From the IMG/VR virus record IMGVR_UViG_3300036781_000418, positions 1 to 64,000 of that record: a stretch of DNA of 64,000 nucleotides; one strand, written 5' to 3'. Positions 1 through 10,675 of the stretch are shown piece by piece. Each line of letters opens with the position of its first letter. Position 1 is the first letter of the stretch. The notes beneath the pieces are model-generated. The model did no database searches, was not told the origin of the DNA, and worked only from the letters and a program-made list of their open reading frames with translations. The translations under genes were made by a program, and so were the position numbers.

Positions 1-38
1 TGAAGATGCAACCGTCATTGGAGAAGTGAGAAGGAGTT

Positions 39-236
39 ATGGGCACACACGTCAACACACGCGACAAGACGCGCAAGCACAAGCGTCTGAACGAGGACGC
101 CGACGCGCGTCAACGTCGCATCAGCTTCAAGCAGTACCTACGCCAGGTGGAAGAAGAGCTTGAAGCCGACCTCGATGACACCAAGTCCAACGAGGAACTG
201 AACCAAGCTTTGGATCAAGACACCGACGACCTCTAA
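39..236 (+). CDS. hypothetical protein, possibly a small head-associated protein
   Basis: AGGAG RBS before ATG; acidic C-terminus; internal RLNE and SFKQYL motifs reminiscent of T4-type head-processed proteins. Confidence 0.6.
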   Translation: MGTHVNTRDKTRKHKRLNEDADARQRRISFKQYLRQVEEELEADLDDTKSNEELNQALDQDTDDL

Positions 237-239
237 ATA
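234..239 (+). promoter_or_regulatory. T4-like late promoter TAAATA
   Basis: CTAAATAC overlapping the stop codon, upstream of ORF 263; same motif recurs before most structural genes. Confidence 0.6.
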
Positions 240-262
240 CTGGATCTAAAAGAGGTTCAGTA

Positions 263-757
263 ATGTTCGTCGTCCCAGTTGCAGGTGACAAGATTCAGAC
301 GCATGAAGGCGATACCTTCACCGTTTCAAGCTACACCAACTACAAGACCGCCGGTCCGGCCGTCTACGCCAGCCTTGGCGACACTCCACCGGTGATCGTC
401 TACTACAGCGACATCGTGAAGATCAACGGCGTACCAGCGAAGCTCGGAGCCGGTAAGGTCTTCGTCGTCGCCGGTCGAATCAAGCGCACCTTCCACCTTC
501 CACAGCCTGGCGACGCGATCACCGTGCGTCAAGCTGACGCGCCAGTCGACTTGAAGGTTTCCGGGTACCGTCTCCACTCGAAGACAGACGGCTTGTCCAA
601 GGGTCTAGTTATCCTGGCCAAGAACGAAGAGGGTAAAGCCGTCCCGTTCCGACTCGACTCGATCGTCGACGTCAGTCGCGCGATTGGCAACGACCTCTTT
701 GATCGCACCAAGTTTCTTCGGTACTACCAAGACTACCGCGGCTACACTGGCAAGTAA
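263..757 (+). CDS. hypothetical protein
   Basis: GAGG RBS, typical codon usage, follows late promoter. Confidence 0.7.
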   Translation: MFVVPVAGDKIQTHEGDTFTVSSYTNYKTAGPAVYASLGDTPPVIVYYSDIVKINGVPAKLGAGKVFVVAGRIKRTFHLPQPGDAITVRQADAPVDLKVSGYRLHSKTDGLSKGLVILAKNEEGKAVPFRLDSIVDVSRAIGNDLFDRTKFLRYYQDYRGYTGK

Positions 758-774
758 CAACCAAAGACCACACG

Positions 775-993
775 ATGAGCATGCTAGCTGAAATTGAACA
801 AGGTCTTGGAAAAACTCCGTACCAAACCTACATCCTGGCCGTTGGCCTTGACCTCATTACGGTTGAGGTTCCACTGTCACAGACCGACAGCTTCGAACAA
901 GCCCTCAAGGAAGAGAACTCTCCGCGTGGCACGCGTCTTACCGTCGTGAAGCAGCTCATCGCCGCTCACAATGGCTTGATTCTGGAGGTCTAA
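775..993 (+). CDS. hypothetical protein
   Basis: Tightly packed in the + strand operon. Confidence 0.65.
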   Translation: MSMLAEIEQGLGKTPYQTYILAVGLDLITVEVPLSQTDSFEQALKEENSPRGTRLTVVKQLIAAHNGLILEV

Positions 994-994
994 C

Positions 995-1654
995 ATGCCA
1001 CAGATCATCGACGCCCAGTTGTTCACCAACAACGCGGTCTCGCTCCTTGCCGCGCCGATCACGTCGTCCGCCCTAACCTTCACGGTGATGGCCGGTCACG
1101 GTGCGAAGTTCCCACAGCCGGTAGGCGACGGTTCCGACTGGTTCTTGATTACCCTTGAGAGTCAAGACGCCCAGGACCGTGAGATCATCAACGTCATTGG
1201 TCGGACCGGTGACGTCTTCACCATCCACCCAATGGGTCGAGGCAATGAAGGCACCACCGCGCAGGCCTGGTCCGCGACCTCCGGCAACGACACGCTCGTG
1301 GACCTGCGCCTGACGGCCGAGTCGATTCGTCGACTGTCCAACGCGTACTCCACCGCAAGCTACCCAGACGTCGCCTCCACTGGAGATGCGCTGGACAAAC
1401 TTTTCAGTTTGTTTACGCTCTCAGGCACTTCACTTTACGATCAGCCGTACACGTTTGACGACTCGACGTGCAAGGTCACGTTGGAACAAGCCTACCAACC
1501 TGGGTCAGTTCGCATGTTCGTGGGTGGCCTGCGCCAGAAGAGTGGTGAGGACTACACCGAGTCAGGTGAGATGGAGCTGACCATGTCGTTTACGTTCTCG
1601 AACGCCATGATCGCTGAGGGCCAGACGCTGGTGATTGACTTCATTCCTGCTTGA
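995..1654 (+). CDS. virion structural/tail-associated protein
   Basis: GGAGG RBS; FTNNAVSLL..RG.EGTTAQAW N-terminal pattern typical of phage tail proteins; C-terminal MFVGGLRQ..DYT domain shared with the next gene. Confidence 0.65.
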   Translation: MPQIIDAQLFTNNAVSLLAAPITSSALTFTVMAGHGAKFPQPVGDGSDWFLITLESQDAQDREIINVIGRTGDVFTIHPMGRGNEGTTAQAWSATSGNDTLVDLRLTAESIRRLSNAYSTASYPDVASTGDALDKLFSLFTLSGTSLYDQPYTFDDSTCKVTLEQAYQPGSVRMFVGGLRQKSGEDYTESGEMELTMSFTFSNAMIAEGQTLVIDFIPA

Positions 1655-1672
1655 CGAAGGGCCAGTAACCTC

Positions 1673-1678
1673 TAAATA
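1673..1678 (+). promoter_or_regulatory. T4-like late promoter TAAATA
   Basis: CTAAATAG 36 nt upstream of tail-fibre ATG. Confidence 0.65.
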
Positions 1679-1714
1679 GGATGTTGGATTATTCCTAATG
1701 ATGAGAGGTTCCAA

Positions 1715-3232
1715 ATGGCACTAACTAAAATCCGTGGTAACAGTCAAATTCTTGACGGTACCATCTTCGATGCGCAGATTGCCGATGCAGCTGCGATCGC
1801 AACGACCAAGCTCGCCGACGGCGCGCTGTTCATCAAGTCAGACGGCTCAGTCGACTTCACCTCGGTCCAAGTTGGTGTCATGCCAACCGCGGACAACCAC
1901 CTGGCCACCAAGGAATACGTTGACAACGTCGCGACGGGCCTTGACGTCAAGCTTTCCGTGCGTGCCATGTCGGTCGCCGACGTCACCCTTAGCGGCGCTA
2001 CCGCGATGGACGGTGTTGCGATCACGACTGGTGATCGCGTTCTCCTGACCGGCCAAACTGACGCGACTCAGAACGGCATCTACGTCGTCAACGGCGACGG
2101 CGCTTGGGCTCGTTCAGCCGACGCCGACAACTCACCAGTTGGTGAAGTTACCTCGGGCATGTTCACCTTCGTCGAAGAAGGCGCCGTGTACGCTGGTACT
2201 GGCTGGGTCCTCACGACCGCCAACCCAATCGTGCTTGACACGACCGAGCTGGTCTTCGCCCAGTTCTCCCAAGCCGGTGTTATCAACCCTGGTGCAGGTC
2301 TCGTTAAGGTCGGTAACGTCCTCAACGTGGTCTCCTCTAACGGTGGTATCGTCGTCAACGCTGACGACATCGCCCTGACCGTCGATTCAAACGGCACCCT
2401 CGCCGTCGGCGCTGGTGGTATCAAGCTGGCCGACCTGGCCACTGGTAAGATCCTGGTCGGTAACGGCTCCAACGTCGCCACCGCAGTTGACGTCTCCGGT
2501 GACGCTACGATCTCCAGCGGTGGTGGTCTTACCATCTCCGACTCGGCCATCACGACCTCAAAGATTGCGGACGCCGCGGTCACTGAGGACAAGATCGCGG
2601 ACGGTGCAGTTCACCTGGCCAAGCTCGAAGCCCTTGACTCTACCGCGATCATCGTTGGTACGGGTTCCGGCAACGCACAGCGCCTGGTCTCCGGTGACGC
2701 TACGCTCGCTGAATCTGGCGCCCTGACGATCGCCAACGACGCGATCACCACGGTCAAGATCCTCGACGCTGCGGTTACCACTGACAAGCTCGCCTCGTCG
2801 GCCGTCACCGAAGACAAGATTGCGGACGCCGCAGTTACGTCCGACAAGATCGCCAACCAGGCCGTCGGCTTCAACCAGCTCCTGACCCTTGCTGACGCAC
2901 AGATCATCATCGGTACCTCGGGTGGTAACAACGCCGTCGTGTTGTCTGGTGACGTTACGATGGACGACACTGGGCTGGTCACGATCAACCCAGCTACGGT
3001 CGTTCGCGTCGCCGACGTGATCACCCGTGAAACTCCAGTCGGTACCGTCGACGGCGTGAACATGGTGTTCACCCTGGCGAACGTGCCGAAGGTTGGAACC
3101 GAGTCGGTGTTCTACAACGGCCTGCTCCAAGACGTGGGTGGTGCAAACGACTACACGATCTCGGGTGCCGTGGTTACGTTCACCTTCGCCCCAGAAGCTG
3201 GCACCAAGGTGCGAGTCAGCTACTTCAAATAA
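1715..3232 (+). CDS. tail fibre protein
   Basis: Repeated (D/N)xAVTxxKIA units; ATKEYVD and GDRVLL..Q...NGIY..GAW.R domain common in myovirus fibres; C-terminal FYNGLLQ..DYTISG domain. Confidence 0.8.
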   Translation: MALTKIRGNSQILDGTIFDAQIADAAAIATTKLADGALFIKSDGSVDFTSVQVGVMPTADNHLATKEYVDNVATGLDVKLSVRAMSVADVTLSGATAMDGVAITTGDRVLLTGQTDATQNGIYVVNGDGAWARSADADNSPVGEVTSGMFTFVEEGAVYAGTGWVLTTANPIVLDTTELVFAQFSQAGVINPGAGLVKVGNVLNVVSSNGGIVVNADDIALTVDSNGTLAVGAGGIKLADLATGKILVGNGSNVATAVDVSGDATISSGGGLTISDSAITTSKIADAAVTEDKIADGAVHLAKLEALDSTAIIVGTGSGNAQRLVSGDATLAESGALTIANDAITTVKILDAAVTTDKLASSAVTEDKIADAAVTSDKIANQAVGFNQLLTLADAQIIIGTSGGNNAVVLSGDVTMDDTGLVTINPATVVRVADVITRETPVGTVDGVNMVFTLANVPKVGTESVFYNGLLQDVGGANDYTISGAVVTFTFAPEAGTKVRVSYFK

Positions 3233-3247
3233 CAGAGGAGACCCGAG

Positions 3248-6049
3248 ATGCGCACGCGTATTCCCGGGCAACAGATCCTAGATGGCAGTGTCGGGGTTGA
3301 CGACATTGCCGACGGTGCGGTTACGGAGTCCAAACTCTCCGTAACCGGTGTTGCAGCCGGTACCTATCAATCCGTCACCGTCACGACCGCCGGTCGAGTT
3401 ACGGCCGGAACGAACCCAACCACCCTTGCCGGCTACGGCATCACTGACGGCGCGACCAACACCGCCTCCTACATCACGATCAGCGCTGAAGCTGGGCTGA
3501 CGTCGGAGCGTGTGCTCACTGGCACCGCGAACCGTCTCACAATTACGGACGGTGGAGTCAACTCGACCGTCACCCTAAACATTGCCCCGACCTACGTTGG
3601 TCAGAACACGATCACCACGCTCGGCACGGTAACCACCGGCACGTGGGCCGGTGTCACGATCGCGACGACGGTTGGTGGTACGGGCCTTACGTCAATAGGC
3701 TCTGCATCGCAGCTGCTCGGTGTGAACGTCGGCGCTTCAGGCCTCGAGTACAAGACGATCTCAGGTGGCACCGGTCTCGGTGTGACCCTGACGGCTGGCT
3801 CAATCGCGCTGTCGAACACCGGTGTCACGGCCATCGCCGGCACGGCGAACCAAGTGATCGCCTCCGGTTCGACTGGCAGCGTCACCCTCTCACTGCCACA
3901 GAGCATCAACACGGCGGCCACGCCGACCTTCGCCTCGATCACCGTCGCGGCGGACCCAACGTTGCCGTTGCAGCTCGCGACCAAGCAGTACGTGGACTTG
4001 ATCTCGCAGGGCATCGACCACAAGCAGTCGGTAAAGGCGGCTTCGACCGCCACCTTGACCCTGTCCGGTGCTCAGACGATCGATGGCATCGCCCTCGTAG
4101 CTGGTGACCGTGTTCTCGTCAAGGACCAGACGTCGGCCCCAGCGAACGGCATCTACGTCGTCGCGACTGGAGCTTGGACTCGTGCCACCGACATGGACGC
4201 TTGGTCGGAGGTTCCTGGAGCCTACACCTTCGTTGAGCAGGGTACCGTCAACGCCGACGTCGCCTTCCTCTGCACGTCTGACCAGGGCGGCACGCTTGGC
4301 ACGACCGCGATCACGTGGGTGCTGTACAGCTCCGCCACGTCGATTACGGCTGGCACTGGCCTGACACGTTCCGGCAACGCGCTCTCCATCACAAACACGG
4401 GCACGTCGACCGGCACCTTCGCTGGGTTGACGATCAACGCCCAAGGTCAAGTGACCGCGGCTTCCGCCCTGACGACCCTCGCTGGGTACGGCATCACGGA
4501 CGCGCAGCCAGTTGACTCTGACCTGACCGCTCTCGCGGCTACCGCGTCAACTGGACTTTACGCCATCACGGCGGTCGGCACGTCCGCAACTCGCACCATC
4601 ACCGCTGGCTCGACGAAGGTCGCGGTCACCAACGGTTCCGGTGTCGCGGGTAACCCAACGATCGACGTCACTGAAGCCAACCTTACGCTCAACAACATCG
4701 GCGGGACGCTGAGTGGTGCGAAGGGCGGTACAGGCTTGAACGCGCTTGGCACGGCCAACCAACTGCTTGGTATGCAGGGTGGTGGCTCCGCGTCCGAGTG
4801 GAAGACGATGGCCGCTGGAACTGGCATCAGCATTGGCAACACGCCGAACACGATGACGATTACCAACACTGGCGTGACGTCCATCTCGATCACCGCACCA
4901 ACTGCCGGTATCACGGTGGCCGGTAACCCAGTCACGACGACCGGCAACATTGCGCTGACCCTCGCCGACGATTTGGCCGCCGTTGAGAACATCTCCAGCG
5001 CTGGTATGGTCGTTCGTGTTGGCTCAAACACGTGGAACACGCGTACGTTCGCGGCTGGTTCGACGAAGATCGCCATCACCAACCCAGACGGTGTGTCAGG
5101 TGCGCCAACCTTCGACGCGGTTGAAGCCAACTTCACCCACAACAACATCGGCGGCGTGCTTAGTATCGCCAAGGGCGGCACGAACCTGACGGCACTCGGT
5201 ACGGCTAACCAAATCCCAGGTGTGAACGCTGGCGCGACCGCGCTGGAGTACAAGACCATTACGGCTGGCACTGGCATCACGGTTACGCAGGGTGTTGGCA
5301 CCGTCACGATCGCCAACAGCAGCACCGCCACGGTCTCCTCGGTCGCGCTCTCGCTGCCGTCCATGTTCACCGTCACCGGTTCGCCAGTGACGACGTCGGG
5401 CACGCTCACGGCGACCTTGGCCAACCAGGCCATCAACACCGTGCTGGCCGGCCCGTCAACTGGAAGTTCAGCCGCCCCAGCCTTCCGCACCCTTGGCCTC
5501 GCCGAAAACGACATCAACGACGTGACCATCACGTCCGCGACGTCTGGTCAGGCGCTGACGTACAACGGTTCACGTTGGGTTAACACGACGCTGACGGGCA
5601 ACAAGATCCTGCAAGTGGTCAGTGCCGCGATCGCCGTGTCAAGCTCAAACTCACAGGTGCCGTACGACAACACGACGCCGTTGAGCACCGAAGGTTTCCT
5701 GATGGTGACCCAAGCGTTCACGCCGCTGAGCGCCACCAGCACCATTATGATCACCATCAACGGCTTCGTCACGGTCAACTCAGCCAACGACGTGTTCGTG
5801 ACAGGTGCACTGTTCAACGGCACCACCTGTATCGGTGCCAAGTTGCTGACGTTCACCACCAATACCGGCGATGGAAATTCATTTGACTTCACGGTGACGT
5901 CGGCCGCCGCATCAACTACCGCTCGTACATACACCTTCAGAGCTGGACCAAACTCCAACGTCACCGTGTTCTACAACCAAGGTACTGGTGGTCAGGCTTT
6001 CGGTGGTGTTCAGACCGCAAACTACCAGATCATTGAGATCGCACCTTAA
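3248..6049 (+). CDS. long tail fibre protein
   Basis: Thr/Gly/Ala-rich; two [10 protein letters not shown] repeats; GGTG repeats; [14 protein letters not shown] domain; C-terminal putative receptor-binding tip. Confidence 0.85.
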   Translation: MRTRIPGQQILDGSVGVDDIADGAVTESKLSVTGVAAGTYQSVTVTTAGRVTAGTNPTTLAGYGITDGATNTASYITISAEAGLTSERVLTGTANRLTITDGGVNSTVTLNIAPTYVGQNTITTLGTVTTGTWAGVTIATTVGGTGLTSIGSASQLLGVNVGASGLEYKTISGGTGLGVTLTAGSIALSNTGVTAIAGTANQVIASGSTGSVTLSLPQSINTAATPTFASITVAADPTLPLQLATKQYVDLISQGIDHKQSVKAASTATLTLSGAQTIDGIALVAGDRVLVKDQTSAPANGIYVVATGAWTRATDMDAWSEVPGAYTFVEQGTVNADVAFLCTSDQGGTLGTTAITWVLYSSATSITAGTGLTRSGNALSITNTGTSTGTFAGLTINAQGQVTAASALTTLAGYGITDAQPVDSDLTALAATASTGLYAITAVGTSATRTITAGSTKVAVTNGSGVAGNPTIDVTEANLTLNNIGGTLSGAKGGTGLNALGTANQLLGMQGGGSASEWKTMAAGTGISIGNTPNTMTITNTGVTSISITAPTAGITVAGNPVTTTGNIALTLADDLAAVENISSAGMVVRVGSNTWNTRTFAAGSTKIAITNPDGVSGAPTFDAVEANFTHNNIGGVLSIAKGGTNLTALGTANQIPGVNAGATALEYKTITAGTGITVTQGVGTVTIANSSTATVSSVALSLPSMFTVTGSPVTTSGTLTATLANQAINTVLAGPSTGSSAAPAFRTLGLAENDINDVTITSATSGQALTYNGSRWVNTTLTGNKILQVVSAAIAVSSSNSQVPYDNTTPLSTEGFLMVTQAFTPLSATSTIMITINGFVTVNSANDVFVTGALFNGTTCIGAKLLTFTTNTGDGNSFDFTVTSAAASTTARTYTFRAGPNSNVTVFYNQGTGGQAFGGVQTANYQIIEIAP

Positions 6050-6058
6050 GGAACATCA

Positions 6059-6715
6059 ATGGCCATCACCTACGCCGAAGCGATCGTAATTCTGTACCCT
6101 GACATCGTGTTCAGTTGCAGTGGCGACGGTTCCGTCTACGAGACGATCACGTGGATCTCAGGCTCTCAGCTGCCAAGCAAGGCGACGCTTGACACATGGA
6201 TGGCGGCGAACGCCGACGCCTCCCCGTCGATTCCAACCACGAACATCATCCAGATTAAGACGGGGACGTTCGGGGCGTTTAGTACGAACGCGACGATTCC
6301 GTACACCACCGCCACGCCATTGGTTACGCAAGGTGCCGAGGTCTTCAATACGACCTTCCGTCCACGCTTTGCCACCAGCAAGATCATCATTCGCGTGCAG
6401 CTCTTCGTGTCCCACTCGGCCACGACTCAGCGCTTCATCACGGGCGCGTTGTTCCGAGACGGTAGCTGTGTGCGGGCTTCAGTGCTCGGTAACGTGGCGG
6501 CAATTGCTGGACTGTTGGCTACCATTGTGGGCAATCAAGCTGGCAACGCCGCCCTTGAAGCGGTCGACGCCACGGGCGCGATCAACACGGTCACCTACTC
6601 GTTCCGTGTCGGCGCTGATGACAGCTCCGGCACGCTCTACGTCAACCAAGGCGCGGGTGGTCAAACCCTCGGCACCTTTGGTTCAGGCGTCTATACCATC
6701 ACGGAGGTCATGTGA
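6059..6715 (+). CDS. tail fibre-associated protein with tip-like domain
   Basis: C-terminal ~160 aa resemble the C-terminus of 3248..6049; N-terminal ~50 aa resemble the N-terminus of 6712..7230. Confidence 0.7.
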   Translation: MAITYAEAIVILYPDIVFSCSGDGSVYETITWISGSQLPSKATLDTWMAANADASPSIPTTNIIQIKTGTFGAFSTNATIPYTTATPLVTQGAEVFNTTFRPRFATSKIIIRVQLFVSHSATTQRFITGALFRDGSCVRASVLGNVAAIAGLLATIVGNQAGNAALEAVDATGAINTVTYSFRVGADDSSGTLYVNQGAGGQTLGTFGSGVYTITEVM

Positions 6716-7230
6716 CCGCCCTACCATCATACGTTGAGATCATCAGCCGCCAGTACCCAACAGTTCAGGTGACGGCGCTCGGTGACGGCTTTGACTACAA
6801 CTCGATCGTCTACCTTGGCGGAGATCCGATTCCTCCGCAGGCTGACCTTGACAGCGCTCGAACTGACGTCGTTCATGACGTTGTGTGGAGTGAAATCCAG
6901 GCAATTCGAGACTACCGTAAGGGACGTGGCGTGAAGGTTGGCGCCTACTGGTTCCACACCGACCCTGACTCCCGAATCCAGCACTTGGGACTAAATATGC
7001 TGGGCGCAAACATGCCACCAGGCATTATGTGGAAGACGATGACCGGCGCGTTCGTGGAGATGACCCAATCTCTTGCGGGCCAGATCTTTGTGGGAATCTC
7101 CATCAAGGACACCCAGACGTTTGGCGTGGCGGAAACGCACCGAGCAAACATGCTGGCAAGCGCCACTCCAGAAGACTATGACTACTCGACCAACTGGCCG
7201 CAAATCTTCGATGAGGACACATCAGCATGA
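6712..7230 (+). CDS. tail fibre assembly chaperone-like protein (DUF4376-like)
   Basis: IQAIRDYRK..GVKVG.YWFHTD.DSRIQ..WKTM.G.FVEMT..YDYSTNWP pattern; position after fibre genes. Confidence 0.7.
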   Translation: MTALPSYVEIISRQYPTVQVTALGDGFDYNSIVYLGGDPIPPQADLDSARTDVVHDVVWSEIQAIRDYRKGRGVKVGAYWFHTDPDSRIQHLGLNMLGANMPPGIMWKTMTGAFVEMTQSLAGQIFVGISIKDTQTFGVAETHRANMLASATPEDYDYSTNWPQIFDEDTSA

Positions 7231-7865
7231 ACATCTTTACCAGCATCTGGAACGGCATCAAGGCCGTTGAACAAGCCGTTATCTTGACCATTGGCAAGAT
7301 CCACTGGACTACCAAGGACACTATGACCGCCGACGAACAAGACAAGATCCGTAAGCTGCTTGAGGGCGGCTACTACATCATCCTGACCCGTCGCAAGAAC
7401 CACCTGTCCACGTTCTTCGTGAACTTGGCGACCTGGTTCCTCACCTTCAAGTGGGGCTACTGGTCGCACTCGCTGATGAACTTGGAAGACACTGTGGTCG
7501 GTGACGACGACTTCCGTCTGGTTGAGGCCATCGGTACGGGCGTCCAGTACACGCCGTTCGCCGACGAGTTCGACTGCACGTCCGTCGCGCTGCTCTCGCC
7601 AAAGGGCCTGACCACGCGTGACTGGACGCTCATGATGGAGAAGGCGAACTCGGAACTGGGTAAGCCGTACGACACCCTGTTTGACCTGAAGAACGACAAC
7701 GCCCTGAGCTGTGTCGAGCTGGTGCGTGACGCCCTGATGTCCGTTCCAGACTACGCGACTCGCTTCGCCGCCTTCGAGGCGATGATCGCCAAGGACGGTA
7801 ACCTCGACCCACAGACTTTCTACAACTGCCCAGACTTTGAGATCGTCTACGAGGCGCGTCACTAA
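7227..7865 (+). CDS. permuted papain-like NlpC/P60 amidase (YiiX/YaeF family)
   Basis: WSH (His before Cys), VEA..GV, LGKPYD..F, SCVELV motifs. Confidence 0.8.
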   Translation: MNIFTSIWNGIKAVEQAVILTIGKIHWTTKDTMTADEQDKIRKLLEGGYYIILTRRKNHLSTFFVNLATWFLTFKWGYWSHSLMNLEDTVVGDDDFRLVEAIGTGVQYTPFADEFDCTSVALLSPKGLTTRDWTLMMEKANSELGKPYDTLFDLKNDNALSCVELVRDALMSVPDYATRFAAFEAMIAKDGNLDPQTFYNCPDFEIVYEARH

Positions 7866-8212
7866 TGTCCTTGAACGCCTGCGCGCTTGACACCAACACC
7901 GTCGACCTGCTGTGCGGCTACCGCCGTTCACAGATCGTCAGCGGGCTGCTTCGCGAGAAGTACCCAGCGGTTGGTACGCGAGCGGGCGGTAGCGGCGGTC
8001 GTTCGCACTGGACTCCTCGAGCAAAGGTTGACGAGGAGTTCCAAGCACCAGGTGAACAGAGCGTCGTCACCATCTCGCTCAGCCTGGACGGTGTCACCTA
8101 CACGACCTCACAGGTGCGGACCAACGAGCACGCACTCGTCATGATCGGCAACATGGAGATCACGGAGGACCAGGTGATTAGCGTAAATATCTCAGGCCTC
8201 ACGTTGACGTAA
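7865..8212 (+). CDS. hypothetical protein
   Basis: TAATG overlap with the upstream gene. Confidence 0.6.
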   Translation: MSLNACALDTNTVDLLCGYRRSQIVSGLLREKYPAVGTRAGGSGGRSHWTPRAKVDEEFQAPGEQSVVTISLSLDGVTYTTSQVRTNEHALVMIGNMEITEDQVISVNISGLTLT

Positions 8213-8214
8213 CC

Positions 8215-8760
8215 ATGCTGCTAACCGAAGACAAACCAACCTCGATCTCCTTTGATCTTTCAATTGACGGTACCAAGTCAGTTCCATCTTCAGTGCGCCT
8301 CGTCATGGGTTCAAACCCTGGCATCGTCTATGAGGCCAGTAAGGAAGACGGCAAGTGGTCCTGCAGCTTTACCCCACCTAAGTCGCTTGGTTCATCCTTT
8401 CCAATTTTGATCGAAGTCGTCGTGAACGGCTCCGTGTTCGTTCCGTACAAGTCCACCGCCTCGTTTAAGCCACTTGAAACCGTTTCAGTTTCCAACGTTA
8501 CCGAAGCCAACAAGTTTGCCGACCTACGTGACCGCACCTTTACCGCTGAGCAGCAGACACGTGTGAAGGCTCGCACCACCGAGCTGCTCAAGACCCTTGA
8601 ACCCAAGCCAGTTCAACCCAAAAAATCTACGCCCAAGTCAACCCAAGTCAAACTACAATTGCCTGAAAGCAAGGTGAAGCTTGGAGCCGGTCTAAATGAG
8701 TCGACCTCCAGCACCACCGTAGGAATCAAGTTTACCAAGGGACCAGTCGTCTACAAATGA
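8215..8760 (+). CDS. hypothetical protein
   Basis: Follows TAAATA at 8184-8189; packed operon. Confidence 0.65.
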   Translation: MLLTEDKPTSISFDLSIDGTKSVPSSVRLVMGSNPGIVYEASKEDGKWSCSFTPPKSLGSSFPILIEVVVNGSVFVPYKSTASFKPLETVSVSNVTEANKFADLRDRTFTAEQQTRVKARTTELLKTLEPKPVQPKKSTPKSTQVKLQLPESKVKLGAGLNESTSSTTVGIKFTKGPVVYK

Positions 8761-8942
8761 AGAACCTTAACTCTGACCTCGTCTCCCGTAAGGAGTTCGA
8801 CCTCATCGCTACCACCTGTGCCGATCTTCGACGCGACCTGAAGTCGCTCACCGACAGCCACAACACCACCAAGAACGGTCTCATCCTTATTGGCGTGATC
8901 ACCGCAATCGCCATCGTCGCGTTTCTAGTCGTTTTGATCTAA
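8757..8942 (+). CDS. small membrane protein
   Basis: ATGA overlap; hydrophobic C-terminal ~20 aa. Confidence 0.6.
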   Translation: MKNLNSDLVSRKEFDLIATTCADLRRDLKSLTDSHNTTKNGLILIGVITAIAIVAFLVVLI

Positions 8943-8962
8943 CTCAACTCGCCAAAACTTTT

Positions 8963-8984
8963 AGGGACCGCAAGGTCCCTTTTT
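8963..8984 (+). terminator. rho-independent terminator
   Basis: AGGGACC-GCAA-GGTCCCT followed by T run. Confidence 0.85.
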
Positions 8985-9012
8985 GTTGCTCAGACCCTTC
9001 ACACCACTCGCT

Positions 9013-9047
9013 CGTAGAGGCATTAGCTGACAGATAGTGCGGGTTCA
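9013..9047 (+). repeat. 35-bp dispersed intergenic repeat, copy 1
   Basis: CGTAGAGGCATTAGCTGACAGATAGTGCGGGTTCA; 34/35 identical to 50499-50533. Confidence 0.9.
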
Positions 9048-9110
9048 CATTTAGGACGACGTCGGGGTACCACCATGCTATGATCGACGATCAACACGTG
9101 AGACCCAACC

Positions 9111-10268
9111 ATGTTCCCAGAGATCAAGACGTTCGCCGACCTGAAGCCAAAGCTGAACGAGAAGTTCAACATCCATGAGCGCGACAAGGGCTACGCCACC
9201 GTGGTCTACGGCATCCAAGACGACGAGGTGTTCGACGGTCCTGACGAGGCCTACCTGCGTGAGTGCCGTGGCATCATGTTCGACGGTGAGCGCGACGACT
9301 CCAAGCTGATCTGCCGTCCACTCCACAAGTTCTTCAACGTGGGCGAGCGCTCCGACACCCTGCCGTCGGCGATCGACTGGTCGCGTGTCAACAAGGTTGG
9401 CGTCAAGCGTGACGGCTCCATGATCACGCCGTTCATCGACCCGGCAACGTACGAACTGCGCTGCAAGACGAAGAAGTCCTCGGCGACGAAGGAGGCGGCG
9501 GCCGCCCTCAACCTGCTGCTCAACAACCAGCGCCAACACCAGTGGGTGGTGAACCTTATCGAGGTCGGCTACACGCCGATCTTCGAAATCACGTCCCCGC
9601 GCTTTCCAATCGTCGTGTTGTACGAACAGGAGGAGCTCACGCTGCTTCAAGTCCGCCACATGGAGCAGGGCGTCTATCTGACCGACGCAGAGATCGCCGC
9701 TCTCAACCCACCGTTCCCAGTCGTGCCCGACGTTGCAAGCCAGTTCCTTGACAGGGACGGTCACGTGAGCTGGCCGCTGATCCACAAGGCCTGCCAGGAA
9801 ACGCATGGCATGGAGGGCTGGATCATCCAGACGTCACGTGACATGTACAAGGCGAAGACGCAGTGGTACATGGACCTGCACCACTCGGTGACGTTCATCC
9901 GCTGGCGTGACGTCGCACGCTGCGTGCTGTCCAACAGTGCCGACGACCTGAAGGCGAACTTCCGGATGACGGGTCGGGACGTTGTTCCGATCGAGCTGGT
10001 TCAGGCCTACTTGAAGGAGGAGCTCGAGTACGTTCAAGGCAAGGTCAACTTCGAGGTCCAGTTCGCTCGTGACGCGGGTCTGTCCTTCAAGGACATGGCG
10101 GGTTCCCTGCGATCCCACCCGTACTTCAACCTGATTATGGCCACATCCCGCGGCCAAAACGTTGACTACAATGAATGGTACCAACGGCGTCGTCTCAGCG
10201 ACTGGTCCCTTGAAGTGATCACAACTGAGGTGAAGTTTATCGAACCCCTAGCACGCGAACGTCCATGA
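9111..10268 (+). CDS. rnlA: RNA ligase 1 (T4 RnlA-like)
   Basis: RECRGIMFD, CRPLHKFFN, motif I KRDGS, FE, EGW, KxKTQWY. Confidence 0.9.
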   Translation: MFPEIKTFADLKPKLNEKFNIHERDKGYATVVYGIQDDEVFDGPDEAYLRECRGIMFDGERDDSKLICRPLHKFFNVGERSDTLPSAIDWSRVNKVGVKRDGSMITPFIDPATYELRCKTKKSSATKEAAAALNLLLNNQRQHQWVVNLIEVGYTPIFEITSPRFPIVVLYEQEELTLLQVRHMEQGVYLTDAEIAALNPPFPVVPDVASQFLDRDGHVSWPLIHKACQETHGMEGWIIQTSRDMYKAKTQWYMDLHHSVTFIRWRDVARCVLSNSADDLKANFRMTGRDVVPIELVQAYLKEELEYVQGKVNFEVQFARDAGLSFKDMAGSLRSHPYFNLIMATSRGQNVDYNEWYQRRRLSDWSLEVITTEVKFIEPLARERP

Positions 10269-10675
10269 ACGTCAAGCTTCGGCACTACGCAGGTCCAAAG
10301 GACCTGATCACCGCGGTCGACCTGGCCATTGAACACGAGCTCTTCGTGCACGGCTGGTACTTCTCCAGGTACTATTACATCGTCCGACAGTGTGCCGAAG
10401 ACCTGTTCAGGTGGGACGCCGAGTACTGGCAGCGCGGGTACGAGATTGCCCTGGCCTTCGCCGACGGAAAACCAGTCGCGATCGCCGCCATGGAGCGAGC
10501 CAGGATCATGGCCTTCTGTAAGGAGAGCCATCGACGACAGGGGTTCGCCACGGCCTGCGTTCAGCGCCTCATGCCGATCGCCAGCCAATTTCCTGACCTG
10601 AACGCCGGCCTCGGGATTGACGGTTCCGAGCTGTTCTGGACGTCGAACGGGATCGTGATCAACACCGAATACTAG
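10265..10675 (+). CDS. GNAT-family acetyltransferase
   Basis: Acetyl-CoA-binding motif A HRRQGFAT; ATGA overlap with the ligase. Confidence 0.7.
   Translation: MNVKLRHYAGPKDLITAVDLAIEHELFVHGWYFSRYYYIVRQCAEDLFRWDAEYWQRGYEIALAFADGKPVAIAAMERARIMAFCKESHRRQGFATACVQRLMPIASQFPDLNAGLGIDGSELFWTSNGIVINTEY

Noticed and set aside
3248-7230. Diversity-generating retroelement or invertible tail-fibre switch
   Set aside because: No reverse transcriptase or invertase; the duplicated tip regions are diverged at all bases rather than adenine-specific
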